Shown here one piece after another: positions 1 through 8,910 of a DNA stretch of 64,000 nt. The notes below the pieces were generated by a model that saw only the letters and a list, made by a program, of their open reading frames with translations, was not told where the DNA came from and did not search any database. Position numbers and translations under genes: made by a program. Origin of the DNA: a bacterium (GTDB taxonomy: Bacteria; UBA8248); contig OZ244799.1 in the NCBI GenBank assembly GCA_965219955.1, forward strand, positions 3,040,001 to 3,104,000, read 5' to 3'. The stretch's first letter is position 1. Each line of letters opens with the position of its first letter.

Positions 1-1064
1 CCAATATACCCAATGCCGCCGTCTTCATCGGCGCGAACGGCTCGGGAAAATCCAACTTCATCCGCTTTTTCGAAATGTTGAGTTGGATGCTGGGTCCACG
101 CCGCCTCGCCGAGTTCGTCAAAATACAGGGAGGCGCCGACGACCAACTCTTCGGCGGCAACCGTGTTACCTCATACATAGCAGCCGAAATCAGGATGCGG
201 ACCGAAAAAGGCAGGAACGATTATCGGCTTAAGCTCTCCTATGGGCGAGACGATAGCTTATTTTTCAAAGAGGAGTGCTTTCGATTCAACGGAAACGACC
301 ATAAGGGTGAGGCTCCATGGTACCCCTTGGAAAGTACGCACAAAGAAGCCAATATCGTCGAGGCGTCACAAGCCGTCGAACCTCAGGATTTCAACCCTAC
401 AACCGCACGAGTTATTGTGAATCTGCTCCGAAAGTGTTCCGTCTATCAATTTCATGACACGTCTGACAATTCCAATTTCAACAAAAGTTGGGATGTTACA
501 GACAATAACTATCTACGCTCTCACGGCGGCAACCTGGCGGCCATTCTTCATCGCCTGGAGCGAGAGGACATAAAGAGATTCGAGCGGATCAACAAGCAGA
601 TAAGCCGGATTTTGCCCGTATTCGACCGTTTCGATATCGAGGAAAGCTACGGAAAAGTCATGCTGCGGTGGAAAGCCAAGGGTACGGACAAGACCTTCGG
701 CGCGCACCTCACCTCCGACGGTTCGCTGCGGTTCTTCGCCCTGGCGACGCTGCTCAACCTGCCTTACGGGATGTTGCCCGACGTGCTCTTGTTGGACGAG
801 CCGGAACTGGGCCTTCACCCGGCGGCCGTCTCCCTTGTAGGCGGCATGATAAAGAGCCTAGCCGTGGACAGGCAGATAATCGTGGCGACGCAATCTCCCT
901 TGTTCGTCGATTCATTCGACCTTGAAGAGATTTTCGTTCTGGAACTGCAGGATGGACAGACGAAATTCCGTAAACTCAAGCCGGACGATTACCAATCGTG
1001 GCTGGATGACAGCTTCACTCCGGGCGAACTATGGCAGAAAAACCTGCTCGGAGGACGTCCTTGA
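1..1064 (+). CDS. AAA_21/ABC-type ATPase, 5'-truncated by window edge
   Basis: Frame is open from position 3 with Walker A GANGSGKS upstream of the annotated ATG; signature-like TSDGSLR, Walker B LLLDEPE, H-loop ATQS. Confidence 0.85.
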   Translation, partial: NIPNAAVFIGANGSGKSNFIRFFEMLSWMLGPRRLAEFVKIQGGADDQLFGGNRVTSYIAAEIRMRTEKGRNDYRLKLSYGRDDSLFFKEECFRFNGNDHKGEAPWYPLESTHKEANIVEASQAVEPQDFNPTTARVIVNLLRKCSVYQFHDTSDNSNFNKSWDVTDNNYLRSHGGNLAAILHRLEREDIKRFERINKQISRILPVFDRFDIEESYGKVMLRWKAKGTDKTFGAHLTSDGSLRFFALATLLNLPYGMLPDVLLLDEPELGLHPAAVSLVGGMIKSLAVDRQIIVATQSPLFVDSFDLEEIFVLELQDGQTKFRKLKPDDYQSWLDDSFTPGELWQKNLLGGRP

Positions 1065-1723
1065 TCCGACTCGCCATATCCGTCGAGGGACAGACGGAAG
1101 AAGAATTCGTCAAACAGGTTCTCGCGGGACATCTTCGAACAAAGGGAGTGGAGCCGACACCGATTCTGCTTGGCCGCGCCCGAGGCCGCTTCGGCGGAGG
1201 AAATGTTTCCGTGGATCGGCTCGCACCGGAAATGATTCATTTGCTCCATTCCTTCGATGTCGTAACTTCGCTCGTCGACTTGTATGGATTTCGCGGCAGG
1301 GGATCGATGAATCGTGAAGAATTGGAGCAACACATACATGAAGCAGTCGTCAGGAAAATGAATCTTTCCCGGAATCAATCAGGAATATTTCCGTACGTTC
1401 AACAGTATGAATTCGAGGGACTCCTGTTCTCCGAGGTGGAAACTTTTGAAAAAGCGATTACAACAATTGAAATACCGAAAGAATCCATTGAGAAATTACG
1501 GCGTATACGCGAGCAATTTCCGACTCCTGAGGACATCAACGACAACCCCGAGACGGCTCCGAGCAAACGGATTATGCAACTCATACCCCGCTACATAAAA
1601 AGAGTCCATGGCCCTTTGTTAGCCGAGGAAACCGGATTGGAAACCATCCGCGCCGAATGCCCGCTTTTCGATGGGTGGGTGAAGCGCCTCGAATCTCTTG
1701 GTAATCCGACGGAGTCTGGATAA
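1061..1723 (+). CDS. DUF4276-like TOPRIM-fold partner of the ATPase
   Basis: TTG start overlapping the upstream TGA (TTGA), RBS GGAGGA; motifs VEGQTEEEF, DLYG, YEFEGLLFS, PEDIND..TAPSKR. Confidence 0.75.
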   Translation: MIRLAISVEGQTEEEFVKQVLAGHLRTKGVEPTPILLGRARGRFGGGNVSVDRLAPEMIHLLHSFDVVTSLVDLYGFRGRGSMNREELEQHIHEAVVRKMNLSRNQSGIFPYVQQYEFEGLLFSEVETFEKAITTIEIPKESIEKLRRIREQFPTPEDINDNPETAPSKRIMQLIPRYIKRVHGPLLAEETGLETIRAECPLFDGWVKRLESLGNPTESG

Positions 1724-2198
1724 GCGAACGGGAGAAGTCTCCTCTCTAAATTCTTTACGCTCGCTCGAAACAATTCGTCGTTATCCAAGTTGCGCCGGAC
1801 GCAAATTGATACCCTGCCTGCGTGTGAATCGTTAAGGAATTACCGACAAAGACTCCGGGGACGTAACAGGAATTTGTTTCAAGTCTATCTTCGATTCACA
1901 AACACCCATTACACCTCAACGACGTGAATTTCACCCGATAGTGTTCCCCAAAAAAGCAAAATGCCTTTCCCCTATCGGGTGCATCCCCGCATTTCTCCGC
2001 ATTTGCCGTTATCGCCTCTCATCGCGATGCGTCAGAATCTCATCCGGGAAAGGCGGACTCCGATGGACACGAACTATAAGAAAAAGCGAAAACGGCGCTT
2101 CGTTCCTCACCGGGGAGCACCGGCTCCTTCGCGCCGGCGGGCGACTCCCCTCTCCGGTGGAAAATGACAGCGGAATGAAGGTGCCCTCAAAAGAGCAA

Positions 2199-2223
2199 GG
2201 GCGGCTCGCGAGCCGCCCCTACG
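2199..2223. repeat. REP-like palindrome (GTAG family)
   Basis: GGGCGGCTCGCGAGCCGCCCCTAC hairpin ending in CTAC; same family as copies at 25876-25936 and ~40005-40030. Confidence 0.65.
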
Positions 2224-2323
2224 GAAGAACAAAATCTTGCGAAGGCGCAATCTCTCCTCCCTCTTCGGGAGCGACTAACCTCCGGCAACTACTCGATGGG
2301 CTGGATTATAAGCTACAGGATTA

Positions 2324-2413
2324 AATGCAGATAAATTGCATTCTTATCCGAAAAAATGTTATATTTTTTCAAATTAACCTTTTTCTTGACATATTAAATA
2401 TCAAGAAAAGGAG
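2324..2413 (+). promoter_or_regulatory. Promoter region with three inverted repeats upstream of the second ATPase
   Basis: AATGCA-N7-TGCATT (2324-2342), GAAAAAAT-N5-ATTTTTTC (2350-2370), TTTTCTTGA-N11-TCAAGAAAA (2381-2409); extended -10 TGnTATATT at 2357-2365; RBS AAGGAG. Confidence 0.55.
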
Positions 2414-2422
2414 ATAATTGTC

Positions 2423-3691
2423 ATGTTGCTCCGCTTCGGCGTTTCCAACCATCTCTCGATACGAGATTACCAGGAATTGTCACTTTCGGCGTCTTCGCTG
2501 AAGGAGCGGCAAGAAGAGCTTATTGATTGCGAGGCGGCTCCGAACGGATCGGTTTTGCCGGTGATCGTCATCTACGGCGCAAATGCGTCGGGCAAGAGCA
2601 ACCTCGTCGACGCGATAAGCACCATGCGGGGCATGGTGTTGCTGTCTCAAACCAAGGGGGAGCCGGGCGGCGGCGTGCCCCACCATCCTTTCAGGCTCGA
2701 TGACGACAGCCCTAAGTCGCCGTCTCGTTTCGATATCGATTTTCTCATCGACGGCGTGCGGCACCACTACGGCTTCGAGGTCTCAGACTCTGCGTTCGAA
2801 TCCGAATGGCTGTACGTCTTCCCCAAGTCCCATCGCCAGACGTTGTTCGAGCGCACCGGCGATGAATTCCACTTCGGCCGCGGCTTGAAGGGACAAAACA
2901 GAGTTATCGCCCGCTTGACGAGACCCAACAGCCTCTTCGTTTCCGCGGCGGCCCAGAACGGCCACGAGCAACTTTCACAAGTGTTCTCTTATTTTCGCTC
3001 GATACGCGGGGACCGAAATACCGCCGCCAATGAGGAGGAAGTTTCAGAGCGATTTACCGGCAAAGAACTGGACGGCCGAGTGATCGACTTCCTCGGAAAA
3101 ATTGATACTGGAGTCATTGACTACCGCCTAAGCGAAACCGAACTTTCGGAAAAGCACTTAGGGATTCCGCGGGAATTTTTCACGCAGCTTGCGAAGCAAA
3201 CCGGTGAAGAACCACCCAAGTGGGCCACCATTGAATTAGCCCATCGCGGGCGGGGTGATGCGCCGTTTTATCTCGATATGGAAAGAGAAAGCGCCGGGAC
3301 GCGGCGGCTATTGATCGTGCTTGCTCTCGCATTTCACGCGCTCGATGAAGGCGCGCCTTTGTTCATCGACGAACTCGACGCCAGTCTGCACACGCAGGCC
3401 GCCGAGGCGGTATTAAATCTATTCTGTTCGCGGGAGACGAATCCCAAGGGCGCGCAACTCATCGCAACGACTCACGACACCAATCTGCTGGCCTCGCCCC
3501 TGCTTCGGCGTGATGAAGTCTGGTTCACTCAAAAAGAACCAGACGGCGCGACCCGACTCTATCCCTTGACCGACATCCGAACCCGCAGGGGCGACAACAT
3601 CGAGAAAGGATACCTCCAGGGCCGCTACGGTGGAATTCCCTTCATCGATTCCATCACGGCTACCGGTTCTACTCTTGGCGCGTCGAACTAG
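2423..3691 (+). CDS. AAA_21 ATPase, RloA/AbiLi-like
   Basis: Walker A YGANASGKS, ESAGTRR signature, FIDELDASLH Walker B, ATTHD, C-terminal YLQGRYGGIP. Confidence 0.85.
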   Translation: MLLRFGVSNHLSIRDYQELSLSASSLKERQEELIDCEAAPNGSVLPVIVIYGANASGKSNLVDAISTMRGMVLLSQTKGEPGGGVPHHPFRLDDDSPKSPSRFDIDFLIDGVRHHYGFEVSDSAFESEWLYVFPKSHRQTLFERTGDEFHFGRGLKGQNRVIARLTRPNSLFVSAAAQNGHEQLSQVFSYFRSIRGDRNTAANEEEVSERFTGKELDGRVIDFLGKIDTGVIDYRLSETELSEKHLGIPREFFTQLAKQTGEEPPKWATIELAHRGRGDAPFYLDMERESAGTRRLLIVLALAFHALDEGAPLFIDELDASLHTQAAEAVLNLFCSRETNPKGAQLIATTHDTNLLASPLLRRDEVWFTQKEPDGATRLYPLTDIRTRRGDNIEKGYLQGRYGGIPFIDSITATGSTLGASN

Positions 3692-4352
3692 GGCCGCCAA
3701 ACGCGCCTCGCCGAACCTGAGGCGTCACCGTCATCGGCGGGAGCCGAAGCGGCGGTTCATTCTGTTTTGCGAGGGAGAGAGGACGGAACCCGCCTATCTT
3801 GGCGCGATCAGCCGCGTCTACAGAGGCGCTCTCATCTCCGTCGAAATAGTCCCCGCCGTGGGCGTTCCTTACACCATCGCGGAAAAAGCCGTCGAGCGCG
3901 CCCGAATTCTGGGACTCGACCGGCGCAGTCGGAGAAAAAGGGATTCGTTCGAGGAAAACGACCAGGTCTGGGCTGTGTTCGATAGAGACGAACATCCTAA
4001 TTTCGACGAAGCGATTGTGCTTTGCGAACGAGGCGGCGTCCACGTCGGCCGCTCCAACCCGTGTTTCGAGCTTTGGCTGATCCTGCACGAGAAGGATTAC
4101 GACCGGGCAGAAAGTCGCCATGAGATGCAGAAGATACTCGCAACCCTACGACGAGAATATGACAGAGACTCCGGGAAAACACCCGACTGCGACGAGATGA
4201 TCGACCGAGTAAAAGATGCCGAAGAGCGGAGTGAAAGGCAACTTCAAAACCGTGAACAGGGGGGTAATCCATACGGGAATCCTTCGACAACCGTGGGCCG
4301 TCTGACCCGCGCGATTCGCGAAGCCGCAAAGCTCGCGGGGGGGTTGACGTGA
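3675..4352 (+). CDS. RloB-family TOPRIM-like protein
   Basis: Motifs FCEGERTEPAY, VWAVFDRD, SNPCFELWLILH, NPSTTV; start codon uncertain (TTG 3675 chosen). Confidence 0.8.
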   Translation: MARRTRAAKRASPNLRRHRHRREPKRRFILFCEGERTEPAYLGAISRVYRGALISVEIVPAVGVPYTIAEKAVERARILGLDRRSRRKRDSFEENDQVWAVFDRDEHPNFDEAIVLCERGGVHVGRSNPCFELWLILHEKDYDRAESRHEMQKILATLRREYDRDSGKTPDCDEMIDRVKDAEERSERQLQNREQGGNPYGNPSTTVGRLTRAIREAAKLAGGLT

Positions 4353-4519
4353 CGATGTCTACTATTTTCACCACCAAAGATAAATCGGCGGAGGCGGACT
4401 CGAAATCATTTTTCTGCGTTTTTTGATTTACCCTTCACTCATTCCAACTCAACAACATCAATTTCTCTCGAAAGCATTCTAAAAGTCGGGTTATGGATTT
4501 TTCTCCAACCAAGCCCTCA

Positions 4520-4885
4520 GCCCGCATTTCCCCGCAATTGCCGTACTCTCTGAAACAACGGATTCCGGTATCGTGCGCGCGGCGAAGGAAAGCAGTAATC
4601 GCCGCCCACGCGCCGTCATCAAAAAGGGGCGGGAATCTCTTCGAGGAGAGAAATCATGCTCATGGATGCAAGGATAACAGCGATAATGAAAATAATCATA
4701 TTTCCCGTAAATATGTATAAATTCACGGGGTTTTTCGATAAATTCCTGAAAATTATTATCCGTTTAACCGATTTTAATACAATGAGTTATCATCTAAATC
4801 TAAGCGTCTTACACTTAGATTCGGCGGCAAAAAAAGTTATTCGCCTCCCGCGCATTTGCCCGCAACTGCCCGCATTTGGGTGCGG
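4520..4885. repeat. Dispersed non-coding element, copy A (homologous to 49750-50168)
   Basis: Shares core ATAAATTCACGRGGTTTTTCGATAAATTYCTGAAAAT, GGCAAAAAAAGTT and flanking CCCGCATTT motifs with copy B. Confidence 0.65.
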
Positions 4886-4901
4886 CGCCATCCCTCCCTC
4901 C

Positions 4902-5804
4902 TCAGTCGGGATTGTCAATCCTCGACGGCAGGCCCCCCATCTCGCGCAGCACCTCGTAGAAGGCGACGGTGTCCTCTTCCGCGTAGCCCCGCTCGTAGGC
5001 CATCTGCAGGACCTGCGACCAGATGTTCGTGAACAGCATGGGCGAGCCGTGGAGCTGACCCTGCTCCAGCATGAGGCGCGAATCCTTGAGGGAGGTCTTC
5101 ACCTGGCCCTGTTTCGAGTAATCCGCGTGAATCATCTTGGGGCCCTTGTCTACCATCGTCTTGGAGGAACACGCGCCGTCTTTCAGCACCTCCAGCAGGG
5201 TGTCCATCTCGAGGCCCACCTTCGTGCCGAGCATCAGCCCCTCCGCCAGGGCGAGCCGGTTGCCCGCCAGGATCATGTTGATGACGAGCTTCGTCCGCGC
5301 GCCCGAGCCCACCGGCCCCATGTGGTAGGCCGCCCGGCTGAAGCCCGCGAAAACGGCGCGGCAGGCGTCGAAATCCTCCGTCTCGCCGCCCGCGATGACC
5401 ACCAGATCCTTCGCCACCGCCATCGTGCTCGTCCCGCTCACGGCGGAATCGAGAAAGCGGACCCCCCGCCCGGCCAAGTCCCCGGCGAGGCGAACCGAGT
5501 CCTCGGGACGCGAGGTCGTCGTGTCGAGCAGGTAGAGGCCCTCTTTCGCGCCCTCGGCGATGCCCGCCGCGCCGAAAACGGCCTCCCGCGCGACGTCGCT
5601 GGTGGGCAGGGAGGTGATCACGAAGTTCACGCCGGCGGCGGCTGCCGCGGGCGTCTCGACGGGATGGCCGCCTTGTTCGCTTAAGTCGTCCATGCGCGCG
5701 GGGTCCACGTCGAAGCCCTGCACCTCGAAACCCGTCTCCCGCATGTTCTTGATGAAAGCCTGGCCCATCAGCCCCATGCCCACGATACCCACGCGTTGCG
5801 ACAT
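4902..5804 (-). CDS. NAD(P)-dependent oxidoreductase, beta-hydroxyacid dehydrogenase (HIBADH) family
   Basis: GMGLMG Rossmann motif, DSAVSG, GSGARTKLVIN with catalytic Lys, KD motif. Confidence 0.9.
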   Translation of the reverse strand: MSQRVGIVGMGLMGQAFIKNMRETGFEVQGFDVDPARMDDLSEQGGHPVETPAAAAAGVNFVITSLPTSDVAREAVFGAAGIAEGAKEGLYLLDTTTSRPEDSVRLAGDLAGRGVRFLDSAVSGTSTMAVAKDLVVIAGGETEDFDACRAVFAGFSRAAYHMGPVGSGARTKLVINMILAGNRLALAEGLMLGTKVGLEMDTLLEVLKDGACSSKTMVDKGPKMIHADYSKQGQVKTSLKDSRLMLEQGQLHGSPMLFTNIWSQVLQMAYERGYAEEDTVAFYEVLREMGGLPSRIDNPD

Positions 5805-5958
5805 CTTTCTCTCTCCTATGATGGCGATGAATTTCGCTCCCTTTTAGGGCTTTCTCATCCCAAGGACAAGCGCCCCGGCGAGCGGTTCGGATCTTGCGGC
5901 GCGCCTTACCCGTTGACGGCGCTTTCAGAACCATCCCAAGCCGTTGTATTCTCTCGTT

Positions 5959-6055
5959 GGGAGCGCATCGGTGCTGGTGTGCCGCCTGGACTTCAAATCC
6001 AGTGGACGGGGCTAATCACTTCGTCGGTGGGTTCGACTCCCACGCGTTCCCGCCA
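5959..6055 (+). tRNA. selC: tRNA-Sec (anticodon UCA)
   Basis: 8-bp acceptor stem GGGAGCGC/GCGTTCCC, anticodon arm CTGGA-CTTCAAA-TCCAG (TCA at 5993-5995), long variable arm, T-loop GTTCGACTC, G discriminator + CCA, 97 nt. Confidence 0.95.
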
Positions 6056-6071
6056 TTTCGCACCCGAAACA

Positions 6072-6815
6072 TCACACGATGGTCAAACCGCCGTCGAGCA
6101 CCAGAACCTGGCCTGTCATGTAGGACGAACGCGGCGTCACCAGATACTCCATCGCGTCGAGCACCTCATCCACCCGGCCAAACCTGCCCATGGGGGATTT
6201 CCGGTAGCGCTCCGCCAAATTGTCGGGGTCGCCGTCTCCCTGGGACTCCCTGAGCTTCGTGAGCACCGGACCCGCCGCGATAGCGTTCACGCGGATGTTC
6301 CAATCCGCCAGTTCGACTGCCAGCGCGCGCGTGAGGCCCTCGACGCCTCCTTTTACGGCGACGTAGACCACGCGCTCCCTGGCCGGCGTGCGCGCGTAAA
6401 AACTCGACATGTTGACGATGGCGCCGCCGCCGCGTTTTTTCATCTCGGCCGCCGCGCGCTTCGCGCACAGGATGTTGCCCTTGAGGCCCACGGCGAGCGC
6501 CAAGTCGACCGTGGCTTCCTCGACCTCCGCCAGAGGGCCGTTCCCCCGGATGACAGCGCAGTTGATCAGAACGTCCACGCCGCCGAATCTCGCCACTACC
6601 GCGTCGAAGGCATCCTCGACACCCTTCTCATTCGAGATGTCCGCCCGCACCCCGAGGATGGCGCCGGCCGCTTCGGTTTCGAGCCTGCGCAGACCGTCTT
6701 CTTCCACGTCCAGGGCCGCCACTTTCGCTCCCATGCCCGAAAACCTGCGCGCCGCGTCCGCCCCGATACCACGGGCCGCACCCGTGATGACGAAAATTTT
6801 TCCACTCAAGTCCAC
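6072..6815 (-). CDS. SDR family oxidoreductase
   Basis: TGAARGIG, YxxxK (YVAVK), IRVNAIAAG, GQVLVLDGG; GTG start at 6815. Confidence 0.9.
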   Translation of the reverse strand: MDLSGKIFVITGAARGIGADAARRFSGMGAKVAALDVEEDGLRRLETEAAGAILGVRADISNEKGVEDAFDAVVARFGGVDVLINCAVIRGNGPLAEVEEATVDLALAVGLKGNILCAKRAAAEMKKRGGGAIVNMSSFYARTPARERVVYVAVKGGVEGLTRALAVELADWNIRVNAIAAGPVLTKLRESQGDGDPDNLAERYRKSPMGRFGRVDEVLDAMEYLVTPRSSYMTGQVLVLDGGLTIV

Positions 6816-6861
6816 GGTGTTCTTCCCGCACTTCGGCCAAATGGAGGGACATGCCGAGTAT

Positions 6862-7872
6862 TCAAAACGAGACGACCCCCTCGCCCCGGAGGATCTCAAT
6901 CTGCGTCCCCAGCTTCCCGGAGAGCGATTCAAGAGTGCCCAGTATTTCAGCCGATTTCGGCTCCTCCCCGCCGAGAATCCGGGGGCTGCCGTCCGCTTCG
7001 ATCAAAACGGGCGATATCGCCGCCCGGCTGAGCGCCCCGCCTCTCAAGGTCAGCTTCAGGCAAATCGACTCGCGCGCCGTGGGCAGGAACATCGGGTGGT
7101 CGTGATCCAGAACGAAGTTGCCGAGCGCGTAGAAAACGGGCCGACCGCGATACACCTCGACCCCCTGCACGATGTGGGGATGGTGGCCGACGACGACGTC
7201 CACCCCCGCCTCGACAGCCGCGTGCGCCGCCGCCTGCTGGGAAAGGGTGAGCGTGCGGCTCTGGCTCGCGCCCCAGTGGAACGAGGCCAGAAGGAAATCG
7301 ACCCGCGGCCGCGTGCGTTCGACGTCGGCGATCATCGCCTCCAAGTCTTCTTCGTTGACATACGGGGGGCCGTAGAGCGCATCCTGCCGGATGGGCGCGA
7401 CGCCGGGCTTTGCCGGACCTGCGCCCCAGCCCAGGGGGAGTTCCAGCACGTAGGATAAAAAACCGTACCGCACGCCGCCTCGCTCGATGACGGCGGGCGT
7501 CCGCGCTTCCTGGATGTTCCGGCCCGCGCCCGAATATATGATTCCGTTTCGCTCGAGCAGCTCCATCGTCTCGACGAACGGCTCGACCCCGTAGTCCATG
7601 CAATGGTTGCTGGCGAACGCCAGGACTTCGAAGCCGCCTTCGAGATAGCCCTGAATCATCACCGGGTCATGGCGCATCACGATCTTCCCGCTCGCGGGCG
7701 CGCCCAGCCGGGACATCGACGCTTCCAGGCCGCCGAAGCGCAGATCGGCCGCTTTCAGATACGAGGCGACCTCCGAGAACGTATTCCGGGGTTCTGCGCG
7801 GTCGATCTCCATATCACCCACGACGACGAGCGTGGATTCCTTATCCGCTGAATCTTGCGCTTCACCCGGCAA
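6862..7872 (-). CDS. CapA (PGA_cap) family metallophosphoesterase-fold protein
   Basis: VGD, ASNHCMDYG, HWG, GHHPH, YALGNF motifs; no signal peptide visible. Confidence 0.85.
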   Translation of the reverse strand: MPGEAQDSADKESTLVVVGDMEIDRAEPRNTFSEVASYLKAADLRFGGLEASMSRLGAPASGKIVMRHDPVMIQGYLEGGFEVLAFASNHCMDYGVEPFVETMELLERNGIIYSGAGRNIQEARTPAVIERGGVRYGFLSYVLELPLGWGAGPAKPGVAPIRQDALYGPPYVNEEDLEAMIADVERTRPRVDFLLASFHWGASQSRTLTLSQQAAAHAAVEAGVDVVVGHHPHIVQGVEVYRGRPVFYALGNFVLDHDHPMFLPTARESICLKLTLRGGALSRAAISPVLIEADGSPRILGGEEPKSAEILGTLESLSGKLGTQIEILRGEGVVSF

Positions 7873-7941
7873 CGTCCACCTCCATTGTTGAAATTGCGCG
7901 CATTCCTTTCCTCATCCATTCCAAAGGACGCAAGAGGCGTC

Positions 7942-8853
7942 CTATTTCTTGTTTTCCCGCTCCAGGTAGGAGAGATACACGGCCGCACTGTCCAGTTCTC
8001 CATTGCCTGCGCGCGCGCCTTCCCTGTACAGCGGCGCGCATGCGTTGCCTACGGGCGTCACGGCGCCGTTTCTCCTGGCCAGTCTGAGACCAAGCCCGAT
8101 GTCCTTCCGGATGACGTTCAGGGTGCTCCGGGGACGGCGATACCGGCCCCGCACCATGATGCCGCCGTGGCCATGGAACCCGCTCGAGTCGCCCGCGCGG
8201 CTTCTCTTGAGCGTGTCGAACAAGAAATCTTTCCCGAATCCGCTGCGCATCCCCAGCCTCAAGCCCTCGGCGATGACGCAGCGCCCCATCGAGGTCATGT
8301 AGTTCACGACCACTTTCATCTTGGCCCCGGAGCCCGACGGCCCGCAGTAAACCTGGTCGGACAGCATCGTCTCCAGAAGCGGCGCCACCTTGTCGTAGGC
8401 TTTCCTGTTCCCGCCCACGAGAAACAAGCCCTCCCGATTCGTCACGTGGTCGCTGTTGCCGCTCACGCTGGCGTCCAGATAGGGAATTCCCCTCTCCCGG
8501 CACAGTCCTGCGTGTTTTTTCGAATCCTCAGGATCCGAAGTCGTCGTGTCGAGCACGACATCGGGCGCGGATTCGGGCGCGCAGGCCAGATAACCGTCTT
8601 TCCCTCGTGCGGTCTGAAGGGATATCTTCGAGTTGGGAACAGAGATGAATACCACTTCAGCGGCTTCGGCCACGGCGCGGGGCGAGTCCAGGACCTCTCC
8701 TCCCAGGCTCCTGAACTTCCGCCTCGCTCCCGCCAGCACGTCGGTTCCCACGAGGCGTTGGCCGTCTGCGATGAGGTTTTTGGAAAACGCCTGTCCCATG
8801 AGGCCCAGGCCGATGAAACCGATGGTTCTTATCGTGTTCTTCTTCTTGGGCAT
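7942..8853 (-). CDS. NAD(P)-dependent oxidoreductase, HIBADH family
   Basis: GLGLMG, DASVSG, GSGAKMKVVVN, KD motifs. Confidence 0.9.
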   Translation of the reverse strand: MPKKKNTIRTIGFIGLGLMGQAFSKNLIADGQRLVGTDVLAGARRKFRSLGGEVLDSPRAVAEAAEVVFISVPNSKISLQTARGKDGYLACAPESAPDVVLDTTTSDPEDSKKHAGLCRERGIPYLDASVSGNSDHVTNREGLFLVGGNRKAYDKVAPLLETMLSDQVYCGPSGSGAKMKVVVNYMTSMGRCVIAEGLRLGMRSGFGKDFLFDTLKRSRAGDSSGFHGHGGIMVRGRYRRPRSTLNVIRKDIGLGLRLARRNGAVTPVGNACAPLYREGARAGNGELDSAAVYLSYLERENKK

Positions 8854-8910
8854 CTTGCCCCTCCCATCAAGAGATAATCTGGAAAAACGCGAAGCAGGAG
8901 ACGCGAGGGA

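Noticed and set aside
6020-6055. att-site duplication of the selC 3' end
   Set aside because: No second copy seen in the window and no integrase present
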